Of a stretch of 64,000 bases of DNA, positions 49,901 through 61,310 are shown piece after piece. The translations under genes were made by a program, and so were the position numbers. The notes under the pieces are model-generated. The model searched no databases. It was not told where the DNA came from and saw nothing but the letters and a program-made list of their open reading frames with translations. This DNA is from Eledone cirrhosa. Taxonomy: Eukaryota. The stretch is from positions 418,004,001 through 418,068,000 of the forward strand of contig OZ024740.1 of the NCBI GenBank assembly GCA_964016885.1, written 5' to 3'. Position 1 is the first letter of the stretch. Each line of letters opens with the position of its first letter.

Positions 49901-52900
49901 TTGCCACTTGTTCCTCCAATGTCAGACCCTGTCACACTTGACAATAAAGCTGCGGAGCTGGTCACTTGTCCCTCCAATGTCAGACCCTGTCACACTTGAC
50001 AATAAAGCTGCGGAGCTGGTCACTTGTCCCTCCAATGTCAGACCCTGTCACACTTGACAATAAAGCTGCGGAGCTGGTCACTTGTTCCTCCAATTACAGA
50101 TCCTGTCACACTTGACAATAAAACTGCGGAGCTGGTCACTTGTTCCTCCAATGTCAGATCCTGTCACACTTGACAATAAAACTGCGGAGCTGGTCACTTG
50201 TTCCTCCAATGTCAGATCCTGTCACACTTGACAATAAAACTGCGGAGCTGGCCACTTGTTCCTCCAATTACAGACCCTGTCACACTTGACAATAAAGCTG
50301 CGGAGCTGGTCACTTGTTCCTCCAATGTCAGACCCTGTCACACTTGACAATAAAGCTGCGGAGCTGGTCACTTGTTCCTCCAATGTCAGACCCTGTCACA
50401 CTTGACAATAAAGCTGCGGAGCTGGTCACTTGTTCCTCCAATGTCAGACCCTGTCACACTTGACAATAAAACTGCGGAGCTGGCCACTTGTTCCTCCAAT
50501 GTCAGACCCTGTCACACTTGACAATAAAACTGCGGAGTTGGTCACTTGTTCCTCCAATGTCAGACCCTGCCATACTTGACAATAAAACTGCGGAGCTGGT
50601 CACTTGTTCCTCCAATGTCAGACCCTGCCATACTTGACAATAAAACTGCGGAGCTGGTCACTTGTTCCTCCAGTGTCAGACCCTGTCACACTTGACAATA
50701 AAACTGCGGAGCTGGTCACTTGTTCCTCCAGTGTCAGACCCTGTCACACTTGACAATAAAGCTGCGGAGCTGGTCACTTGTTCCTCCAGTGTCAGACCCT
50801 GTCACACTTGACAATAAAACTGCGGAGCTGGTCACTTGTTCCTCCAGTGTCAGACCCTGTCACACTTGACAATAAAACTGCGGAGCTGGCCACTTGTTCC
50901 TCCAATGTCAGACCCTGTCACACTTGACAATAAAACTGCGGAGCTGGTCACTTGTTCCTCCAGTGTCAGACCCTGTCACACTTGACAATAAAACTGCGGA
51001 GCTGGTCACTTGTTCCTCCAGTGTCAGACCCTGTCACACTTGACAATAAAGCTGCGGAGCTGGTCACTTGTTCCTCCAATGTCAGACCCTGTCACACTTG
51101 ACAATAAAACTGGGGAGCTGGCCACTATTCCTCCAATGTCAGACCCTGTCATACTTGACAATAAAGCTGCGGAGCTGGTCACTTGTTCCTCCAATGTCAG
51201 ACCCTGTCACACTTGACAATAAAACTGGGGAGCTGGCCACTATTCCTCCAATGTCAGATCCTGTCATACTTGACAATAAAGCTGCGGAGCTGGTCACTTG
51301 TTCCTCCAATGTCAGACCCTGTCACACTTGACAAAGCTGCGGAGCTGGTCACTTGTTCCTCCAATGTCAGCCCCTGTCACACTTGACAATAAAGATGCGG
51401 AGCTGGCCACTTGTTCCTCCAATGTCAGACCCTGTCACACTTGACAATAAAGCTGCGGAGCTGGTCACTTGTCCCTCCAATGTCAGACCCTGTCACACTT
51501 GACAATAAAGCTGCGGAGCTGGTCACTTGTTCCTCCAATGTCAGACCCTGTCACACTTGACAATAAAGCTGCGGAGCTGGTCACTTGTTCCTCCAATGCC
51601 AGACCCTGTCACACTTGACAATAAAACTGGGGAGCTGGCCACTATTCCTCCAATGTCAGATCCTGTCATACTTGACAATAAAACTGCGGAACTGGTCACT
51701 TGTCCCTCCAATGTCAGACCCTGTCACACTTGACAATAAAGATGCGGAGCTGGCCACTTGTTCCTCCAATGTCAGACCCTGTCACACTTGACAATAAAGA
51801 TGCGGAGCTGGCCACTTGTTCCTCCAATGTCAGACCCTGTCACACTTGACAATAAAGCTGCGGAGCTTGCCACTTGTTCCTCCAATGTCAGACCCTGTCA
51901 CACTTGACAATAAAGCTGCGGAGCTGGTCACTTGTCCCTCCAATGTCAGACCCTGTCACACTTGACAATAAAGCTGCGGAGCTGGTCACTTGTCCCTCCA
52001 ATGTCAGACCCTGTCACACTTGACAATAAAGCTGCGGAGCTGGTCACTTGTTCCTCCAATGTCAGACCCTGTCACACTTGACAATAAAACTGGGGAGCTG
52101 GCCACTATTCCTCCAATGTCAGATCCTGTCATACTTGACAATAAAACTGCGGAACTGGTCACTTGTTCCTCCAATGTCAGACCCTGTCATACTTGACAAT
52201 AAAGCTGCGGAGCTGGTCACTTGTTCCTCCAATGTCAGACCCTGTCACACTTGACAATAAAACTGGGGAGCTGGCCACTATTCCTCCAATGTCAGATCCT
52301 GTCATACTTGACAATAAAGCTGCGGAGCTGGTCACTTGTTCCTCCAATGTCAGACCCTGTCACACTTGACAAAGCTGCGGAGCTGGTCACTTGTTCCTCC
52401 AATGTCAGACCCTGTCACACTTGACATTAAAGATGCGGAGCTGGCCACTTGTTCCTCCAATGTCAGACCCTGTCACACTTGACAATAAAGCTGCGGAGCT
52501 GGTCACTTGTCCCTCCAATGTCAGACCCTGTCACACTTGACAATAAAGCTGCGGAGCTGGTCACTTGTTCCTCCAATGTCAGACCCTGTCACACTTGACA
52601 ATAAAGCTGCGGAGCTGGTCACTTGTGCCTCCAATGTCAGACCCTGTCACACTTGACAATAAAACTGCGGAGCTGGTCACTTGTTCCTCCAGTGTCAGAC
52701 GCTGTCACACTTGACAATAAAGCTGCGGAGCTGGCCACTTGTTCCTCCAGTGTCAGACCCTGTCACACTTGACAATAAAACTGCGGAGCTGGTCACTTGT
52801 TCCTCCAATGTCAGACGCTGTCACACTTGACAATAAAGCTGCGGAGCTGGCCACTTGTTCCTCCAGTGTCAGACGCTGTCACACTTGACAATAAAACTGC

Positions 52901-54663
52901 GGAGCTGGTCACTTGTTCCTCCAATGTCAGACGCTGTCACACTTGACAATAAAGCTGCGGAGCTGGCCACTTGTTCCTCCAGTGTCAGACCCTGTCACAC
53001 TTGACAATAAAGCTGCGGAGCTGGTCACTTGTTCCTCCAGTGTCAGACGCTGTCACACTTGACAATAAAACTGCGGAGCTGGTCACTTGTTCCTCCAATG
53101 TCAGATCCTGTCACACTTGACAATAAAACTGCGGAGCTGGCCACTTGTTCCTCCAATTACAGACCCTGTCACACTTGACAATAAAGCTGCGGAGCTGGTC
53201 ACTTGTTCCTCCAATTACAGATCCTGTCACACTTGACAATAAAACTGCGGAGCTGGTCACTTGTTCCTCCAATGTCAGATCCTGTCACACTTGACAATAA
53301 AACTGCGGAGCTGGTCACTTGTTCCTCCAATGTCAGATCCTGTCACACTTGACAATAAAACTGCGGAGCTGGCCACTTGTTCCTCCAATTACAGACCCTG
53401 TCACACTTGACAATAAAGCTGCGGAGCTGGTCACTTGTTCCTCCAATGTCAGACCCTGTCACACTTGACAATAAAGCTGCGGAGCTGGTCACTTGTTCCT
53501 CCAATGTCAGACCCTGTCACACTTGACAATAAAGCTGCGGAGCTGGTCACTTGTTCCTCCAATGTCAGACCCTCTCACACTTGACAATAAAACTGCGGAG
53601 CTGGCCACTTGTTCCTCCAATGTCAGACCCTGTCACACTTGACAATAAAACTGCGGAGCTGGTCACTTGTTCCTCCAATGTCAGACCCTGCCATACTTGA
53701 CAATAAAACTGCGGAGCTGGTCACTTGTTCCTCCAGTGTCAGACCCTGTCACACTTGACAATAAAACTGCGGAGCTGGTCACTTGTTCCTCCAGTGTCAG
53801 ACCCTGTCACACTTGACAATAAAGCTGCGGAGCTGGTCACTTGTTCCTCCAGTGTCAGACCCTGTCACACTTGACAATAAAACTGCGGAGCTGGCCACTT
53901 GTTCCTCCAATGTCAGACCCTGTCACACTTGACAATAAAACTGCGGAGCTGGTCACTTGTTCCTCCAGTGTCAGACCCTGTCACACTTGACAATAAAACT
54001 GCGGAGCTGGTCACTTGTTCCTCCAGTGTCAGACCCTGTCACACTTGACAATAAAGCTGCGGAGCTGGTCACTTGTTCCTCCAGTGTCAGACCCTGTCAC
54101 ACTTGACAATAAAACTGCGGAGCTGGTCACTTGTTCCTCCAGTGTCAGACCCTGCCATACTTGACAATAAAGCTGTGGAGCTGGCCACTTGTTCCTCCAA
54201 TTACAGACCCTGTCACACTTGACAATAAAACTGCGGAGCTTGCCACTTGTTCCTCCAATGTCAGACCCTGTAACACTTGACAATAAAGCTGGGGAGCTGG
54301 TCACTTGTTCCTCCAATGTCAGACCCTCTCACACTTGACAATAAAACTGCGGAGCTGGTCACTTGTTCCTCCAGTGTCAGACCCTGTCACACTTGACAAT
54401 AAAACTGCGGAGCTGGTCACTTGTTCCTCCAGTGTCAGACCCTGTCACACTTGACAATAAAGCTGCGGAGCTGGTCACTTGTTCCTCCAGTGTCAGACCC
54501 TGTCACACTTGACAATAAAACTGCGGAGTTGGTCACTTGTTCCTCCAGTGTCAGACCCTGTCACACTTGACAATAAAACTGCGGAGCTGGTCACTTGTTC
54601 CTCCAGTGTCAGACCCTGTCACACTTGACAATAAAGCTGGGGAGCTGGTCACTTGTTCCTCCA
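43904..54663. repeat. 58-bp satellite CAATGTCAGACCCTGTCACACTTGACAATAAAGCTGCGGAGCTGGTCACTTGTTCCTC, about 185 copies
   Basis: Head-to-tail 58-nt units with 57-nt (ACTATT) and 55-nt (GACAAAG) variants. Confidence 0.98.
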
Positions 54664-54741
54664 CACACATACCAACAAATGCTTTCGCGAAGTTCGAAAA
54701 ACACATTTCTAACGAATCCAAATAACCCAGAACATATATAT

Positions 54742-55042
54742 ATTGTTGTTGTTGTCGTTGTCGTCACGACGTGGTCATCGTCATCATAATCATCATCATC
54801 GCCATCATCGCCATCATCGTCATCATCGTCATCATCATCATCATCGTCATCATCATCGTCGCCATCATTATTATTGACATCATCATCATCGCCATCATCA
54901 TTAGCAGCAGCATTGAAAAACACAAGTGATTACAAATTTCTAACAAATCCCAATAACCCAGAACATGTTGTTGTTGTGATCATTGTCATCGTCGTGGTTG
55001 TCGTAGTCGTCATCAACAACCATCACCACCATCAACATCAAC
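54742..55042. repeat. (GTT)/(CAT/CGT) trinucleotide tracts in a diverged tandem duplication
   Basis: ATTTCTAAC.AATCC.AATAACCCAGAACAT occurs at about 54705 and about 54936, each followed by trinucleotide tracts. Confidence 0.75.
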
Positions 55043-55327
55043 AAAAGGGGGCAGTATTTTACGTCTGTTTTTTTTTATGTGGGTGGACGGGTTATTAGAG
55101 ATCAATTCAACATTTAAACGGAGTTACTGCCATCTTAGACAGATCAAGGGACCATGTCTTGTTTACATAGGTTTCAGTTTTGGCATAGTTTCTACGGCTA
55201 AATGTCTCTATGGAATTTTCCCTATTTCTGCTTATCGAGCAAAGCCCCTTTTCTCTGTCTTCTTTTTCTGTAAGGCTTACTTTCGAATGTTTCGAGTCTA
55301 GGTTTTGCTTCCATGTTCGGAATTTCG

Positions 55328-55402
<75 letters not shown>

Positions 55403-55406
<4 letters not shown>

Positions 55407-55620
55407 AAAAGAGTCAGGATCCTGACAGCTGAGCTCCACCCGTTTCGACAGCTAAATCCGAACTAAGCCAGGAGTGCTTAGTTCGGATCTAGCTGTCGAA
55501 ACGGGTGGAGATCAACCGTCAGGATCCTCACTCTTTTCCTATTACCCACTCTAATACTCTAAATATTAAGTACTCTAGTGCGCTATGGTCTACCTGGTAT
55601 CTTACCACACCTTCTTTGTT
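55403..55620 (+). mobile_element. Penelope-like element end, palindromic (family D)
   Basis: Arms about 55403-55468 / 55476-55541 around CAGGAGT; embedded in (TA)n on both sides. Confidence 0.6.
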
Positions 55621-55628
55621 ATATGTAT

Positions 55629-55692
<64 letters not shown>

Positions 55693-55699
55693 TCAATTA

Positions 55700-56610
55700 T
55701 AAGGACTATGTCATCAACATATAGGAATTGCCATGAATAGTCTTAAATTCCTCTCTCGTGATCTGGATGATAATGATAACCAGAAGAAGACTAAGACTAA
55801 GTTCTGGTGGACCCCTAGCCTGCTTACCAAATGTGCCACCGTATTCATTGCCAGTTTTCACTTCGCTGGTTGCCCCCCCCCCCCCTGCACAAGGCTTGTA
55901 CACCAAATTTCCTTAGCGCTCATCAAATTACAGAGCGGGGAACCATATCAACGTCCTTCTCTAGTTCACTGAATGTTAGGTACAGAGGCTCACTCTTTGC
56001 TAAATGCTTCTCCTGCATAAGGATAAGGAAAACATTCCGGTTGCATGTAGAATGTGTGGTGAAAGAGAAGCGATGGTGGTACATATGATCCCTGGATGGA
56101 AGATACTTGCTCAATAACATAAGAACTAGAGACATGACAAAGTTACGATAATCTTACATTGGCAAATGTTTAAAAAAATTTAATTTGAACATGCGAAGAT
56201 GTGACATGTCCACAAACCAGAACGTGCTCTTGAAAACAACCACGTAAATGCGTAATGGGACATAAAGATACAAACGGATAAGTGGAGCAGTTACACCTAG
56301 ATACTATTATATTTGATAAAGAGGAAAGAATGAGATAACTAATCGTTGTTTTGATAACAGAGTGATAGACAAAGAACTCTAGAAAATAGAAAAGTACCAA
56401 AACCTGAAATACCAAATGCAGAGAATCTAGAATTGCTGTAAAATTGTTTTCATCTTACTAGTAATAAGAACTTCAGGAATAGTGGCTAGAAGTTTGAATG
56501 GTTGATTGGTGATGCTGGATATTGAGGGGAATTTTCAAGCTCCACAGAAATATTGTTTGCTTGGCACAGCAAGAATCACACAAAAGGTATTAGATACAAA
56601 AGACTGCAAG
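55700..56610 (+). mobile_element. R4/Dong-clade non-LTR retrotransposon 3' remnant
   Basis: Decayed motifs RHDKV..ILHWQM, HKPERALENN, WDIKIQTD, EKIEKYQNLKYQMQRI, CLLGTARI. Confidence 0.75.
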
Positions 56611-56649
56611 AAACAGTTTGATACCTCGCAATTCAAACACCGACAGAGG

Positions 56650-57090
56650 AACAATGAAATGCTAAGTAAATATATAAGATATTCCAATACACATAGACAG
56701 GGAGATCAAAACTAACCGACCAGATTTTATGGTCAACGACCAGAAATAAATAAAATGTCTTCTAATTGATGTGTCTATCGCCACAGACGACAATATATCT
56801 ACAAAGGAAACCGAGAAACTACCCCAATATAAAGATCTAGAGATAGAAATAACCCGAATGTGAATGGTGAAAATAGAGACAATACCTATTATAAGAGAGG
56901 CTCTGGGAATGATTAAAAAACACAGATACATAACCCAAACCCTAGGACTTACAAATATATACAACATACAGAAAATAGTACTGCTAGCTACTGTATACAT
57001 ATCACGAAGAGTACTCTCAATACAATAGAAACAACACCAAAACCCACACTGCACATAGCCAAGGCCCACAGAGCTGTGCACAAATAATAA
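56650..57090 (+). mobile_element. R4/Dong-clade non-LTR retrotransposon 3' end (restriction-like endonuclease)
   Basis: DIPIHIDREIKTNRPDFMVND..CLLIDVSIATDDNISTKETEKLPQYKDLEIEITRM*..IPIIREALGMIKK..IQKIVLLAT..RRVLSIQ*; (TAA)-type tail. Confidence 0.88.
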
Positions 57091-57435
57091 TTGTTTCTAC
57101 TTTTGGCACAAGGCCAGCAATAACCCAGTGTATTACTGGTACTTTATTTTATCGACCCGCAAGGAGGAAAGGCAAAGCTAACCTCGGCGGGATTTGAACT
57201 CAGAACATAAAGAGCTGTAGCTATGCCATGAAGCATATTGTCCGAAGTTCTACTGATACTGTCACCCCATCGCCCTTAATAATTATAAGGCTAGGTCATT
57301 TGGGAAGAGGAATATCGACCTCAGTATTTGACTGGTCTTTTATTTTATCGACCTCGGAAGGATGACAGGCAAAATTAACCTCGGTGGGATTTGACTGTTA
57401 AGCATGTTGTCCGACGCTCTAGCCACTCTACCAAC
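57088..57435 (-). mobile_element. Two SINE family A copies
   Basis: 57088-57275 and a more diverged copy at 57290-57435. Confidence 0.8.
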
Positions 57436-57637
57436 CATAATATTATAACAGTAAATTCAGACTGAATAATATCATGGACGCCTAGAACGAAGCTCCCCGT
57501 AACATTTGGAAGTAATCCATTAACAAAAGTGACTCTAACCCCAAAATGGAGAAATACTAAACAAGAACCAACGAACACTAACAAAACTATATTTTATCTA
57601 TGGCTACTGTTGCAGTTGATGATGATGTTGATGCTGT

Positions 57638-57675
<38 letters not shown>

Positions 57676-58372
57676 ATGGCTTGTCTCTATCATATAAATT
57701 CCTTTGTTGACATTGGAAACATGTAAGTAAAATACAACCAGTTGAAAAAAACATAAAAATTATTGATTCTCAATGTGTCAGAAATGTTCATATGAAAACG
57801 TATGTCTAACGAAATATATATAAAAAGACGAAACAATTACTGATAAATACAATAAACATTAAAACATATATTAAACAAACACCATAGAACTACCCAATGG
57901 TACTCGACAAAAGTAATGACATTCTAAAAAAAAGGGGGTCGAATTTTAGCCCTTAAGTGTGACAAACGAAATCGAAAAAACAAATGGATCCGAGAGGAAT
58001 ATGTTTCTATTTTCATGTCAACACTACCCTAAAAATAAAAACAACAGTATCCGCATATAACATCAGGGAAAATAATAACACATACACTGATTTAAAACTC
58101 GACCTCAACAAACTAGAAAACCTAAGATTATATATCATCATCATCATTCAACGTAAAGAAAGGACATTAAACAGTGATGATGATTATATATATATATATA
58201 TATATATATAAATTTTGAGTATATGTTGGTTGTTTACCGACACCTCAGTATGCAGATTGGAGCACTCGACGAAGTACGCAGGTTGGTTTATTTACTCCGG
58301 AGTAATGTAAAATAATTAAGTCAAATATGTAAAATTTGACTTCGTTTATTATAAATTATAAATTATAGATAT

Positions 58373-58427
58373 ATTGCTATATATATTTCAGTGACAGCCA
58401 TCATTGGCTGTGACCTCTTCAGGCAGT
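58373..58427 (-). ncRNA. Type I hammerhead ribozyme motif
   Basis: Helix I UGC/GCA, CUGAAGA, helix II GGU-C-ACAGCCA-AUGA-UGGCUGU-C-ACU, GAAA, palindromic helix III AUAUAUAU, AUA triplet. Confidence 0.7.
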
Positions 58428-58542
58428 CCGAATTGGTGTGGGAAAGACAGGTACACATGTTGTTGAAGCGTGTTTTACTCCGTCAATACATGGATATGTC
58501 CAGCTCTTGGTTGTGTTGTTATTTCTCTGAGGAACTGGAATC

Positions 58543-58591
<49 letters not shown>

Positions 58592-58746
58592 TTTGGGTTT
58601 GTTGACTCGCCACTGGATAGACCTGGTCATTCCCGGACTAGCAACTGTTAATTTTTGGTCGCCTTCTCGTCCTGGGCATTTCTCTCTACCTTTCAGCTCC
58701 TTCGATTGTGTCTATTATTATATTCCTTTGTTGGATAAATTTCGGA

Positions 58747-58804
58747 ATACCTGATGATGTCACCGGATTCATACTGAACCCGGTCATTGAAATGTTCATA
58801 GTAT
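58747..58804 (+). ncRNA. Type I hammerhead ribozyme motif
   Basis: Helix I AUAC/GUAU, CUGAUGA (58751-58757), long helix II (ACCGG/CCGGU, UUCA/UGAA), GAAA, helix III AUG/CAU, AUA triplet; AATAAA immediately after. Confidence 0.7.
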
Positions 58805-59835
58805 AATAAACCTTTAAGGAATTACACCAGTCCGGCCTCCTGTCATTTTATAATTATATATATATATATATTAAAAACAAAAAATATCAGAAATTGAAAT
58901 AGGCGTCTAAAAGAACGTATAGACTAGGAAAACACAAAGAACTCAAACAACGAACAAATATAAAAGTATTGAACATTTAAACCATGAACAACAATTTAAA
59001 GCAACATATCCAAAACAGACAAACCCCAACTGTCAAAGACGAAATACTGACCAATAAAACGGGATTCAGGTCAACAGCCAAAAATATAAATGCAAGGAAA
59101 TATAAGGAGGACCACAATAGAATATAATGGAAATAATCCAAGAACTGTAAACAATGGAAGATCTCCCCACGGACGAAAGAATACATCTCCTTAAGATAAA
59201 AATCAATAGTGAAATAGAAACAATCAGAACCTCACCTCCACTAATCTGGCCATCATAGACACAAACAGAAACATTAGTATCACAAGGCTAAATAGAATAT
59301 ATGGAACAGTCACTGCTACAAAAGAATGTAAGTATTCCCACTTAGATCAACACAAACAAGAATAGAAAAACCCACACAAACTTGGAAATCAAAGATTGAA
59401 AATATAAATAAGAATAAAAGCAAAAAACCTCTTAATTTTATATGAAATAGTAAAGAAAACAACAAAACTAGGAAAAGGAAATAAAATAAAAATATTAAAG
59501 AAACATAAGAGAAAGGGAGTCATTGAAAGTAAGGAATGTCTAAAACAACAAATACTTGCAAAGGAACAAAGAATCCGGAAGTATGAAAAGCGCCATTAGC
59601 TTTTTAACAAAGCCAGCTATTTCACTGCAACATCATAAAGTGATTCTATTAGGAAGTTAGTAGAAGATTGGGGTAAATGTAACTCCCAAAGTAAAAGACG
59701 TGGAAGAGTTCTGGAGAGAATTGTGGGCAGCAGGGGAGAATCACCACACAGGAATACTAAGAACAATAAACACAGATCCTGAATAATTATGAGAAGACAT
59801 CACAACAGAAGAAGTTTCAAGTAAATAACTGGGTG

Positions 59836-59995
59836 TTCGTATGAAATTATCAGGAATGATGATTTCATATGAATGAAACAGTTCTAGTCCTGTAGAAGTC
59901 ATTTCTATATCAATTAAATACTCTTCTTTTCTAACATGTTGGGCACCTTATTTAACTGGTTATTTCCCGATTCCCTTCGGAGCGAGCGAGTCAGT
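59836..59995 (+). mobile_element. PLE family E end with short 5' inversion and decayed hammerhead
   Basis: ATGATGA-TTTCATATGAAT-GAAACAGTTCTAGTCCTGTAGAAGTC, nearly identical to 18432-18475 but C3 lost. Confidence 0.55.
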
Positions 59996-60018
59996 AGTGT
60001 GTGTATATTATATTATAT

Positions 60019-60060
<42 letters not shown>

Positions 60061-60150
60061 TAATAATAATAAATTTGAAGACTAAAATCCAAAGAGGGCT
60101 CGATAAGGATAAATATATATCAAATATATAAGAACCGTAGAGCAAATATT

Positions 60151-60252
60151 TATTAAAATAACAGATTAAAGTTTAAGCAAAGAATCGCTGAGTTTCAGAA
60201 GATCCCGTTAAGGGTGAAAGCAGCGATTCTTTGCTTAAACTTTAATCTGTTA

Positions 60253-60260
<8 letters not shown>
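60151..60260. repeat. Perfect 40-bp inverted repeat with 30-nt spacer
   Basis: 60151-60190 is the exact reverse complement of 60221-60260; spacer holds CAGAAGA-T-CCC-GTTAA-GGG-T-GAAA. Confidence 0.9.
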
Positions 60261-60294
<34 letters not shown>

Positions 60295-60691
60295 CGAGAA
60301 TCGTATTTCAGCTCAGGGATTAACGAAAAACAACTTCCGAGATGTGTGGCAAGCGCTCGATGATTCATAGGAATCAGAGCTACAACACACGTTAAAGGCC
60401 AAACACACTGAGATGGTGGTTAAACAAATCATCCGCACAGCCAAAAAAAAAAACGACCAAGTAATTCGGGTCAAACAATAAAAATATATATGATTGAAAA
60501 TTTACCCGGACCCCTGGACTGATGGTAAAATCCAGTATTTGGGTTTCTGCGACTCCATAAAACAATTACTATCCACTTACATAAAGAATGTTAGGCTTCT
60601 GGTAAGATGATTGAACAAGGAAGCCGTGTTATCAACGGGTTTTTGCTCAAATGCTATACATAAGTGTGAGTATTACTGACCCCACGTGGAG

Positions 60692-60723
<32 letters not shown>

Positions 60724-60804
60724 AATATATATATATATATATAAATATAAATTAGCGAGAATCGTTTTCAGCTCAGGAATTAACGAAAATCAACGTCCGA
60801 TATG

Positions 60805-60889
<85 letters not shown>

Positions 60890-61269
60890 CTCGACCGCGG
60901 TGCCATTTATATGCATATATATATAATATTAAAGGCTTAGAAGCCATTGCAATCATTCCTGGAGAACTGCTCAATGTTAATACATGCAAGGAGAAATTGT
61001 TACGGAACAAAACCAATGTTATAAGTTCTCAGGAAAGCAATGCTCGAATAGAACATAGGCTGGTAACAAGCAAATATCTAAGAATTCCAACAATTTAACA
61101 AAGAAAGAGTTGAAATACTTATATATATAAATATCATATATATATGTATATATACATATATACATACACACATATGCATAAACACGCACATACACACATA
61201 TCCACACATATATATATATACACACATACATATGTATAAACACACAGATATACGCACATACACACATAT

Positions 61270-61310
<41 letters not shown>

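Larger units (their letters stand above)
57960..59820 (+). mobile_element. R4/Dong-clade element 5' ORF remnants, interrupted by PLE fragments at about 58210-58860
   Basis: KWIREEY, AYNIRENN..LDLNKLENLRLYI, LKQQILAKEQRIRKYEKR, TPKVKDVEEFWRELW. Confidence 0.65.

Noticed and set aside
43904-54663. CRISPR array
   Set aside because: Head-to-tail units with no unique spacers, no cas genes, eukaryotic context
54609-54946. Poly-Asp / poly-Met ORFs
   Set aside because: Translations of a (CAT/CGT)n microsatellite
60581-60653. Possible minus-strand exon (TATAG|..FEQKPVDNTASLFNHLTRSLTFF..|GTAAGT)
   Set aside because: Weak acceptor, no recognisable protein, and it lies between about 50-bp direct repeats (60291, 60752) that suggest a mobile element
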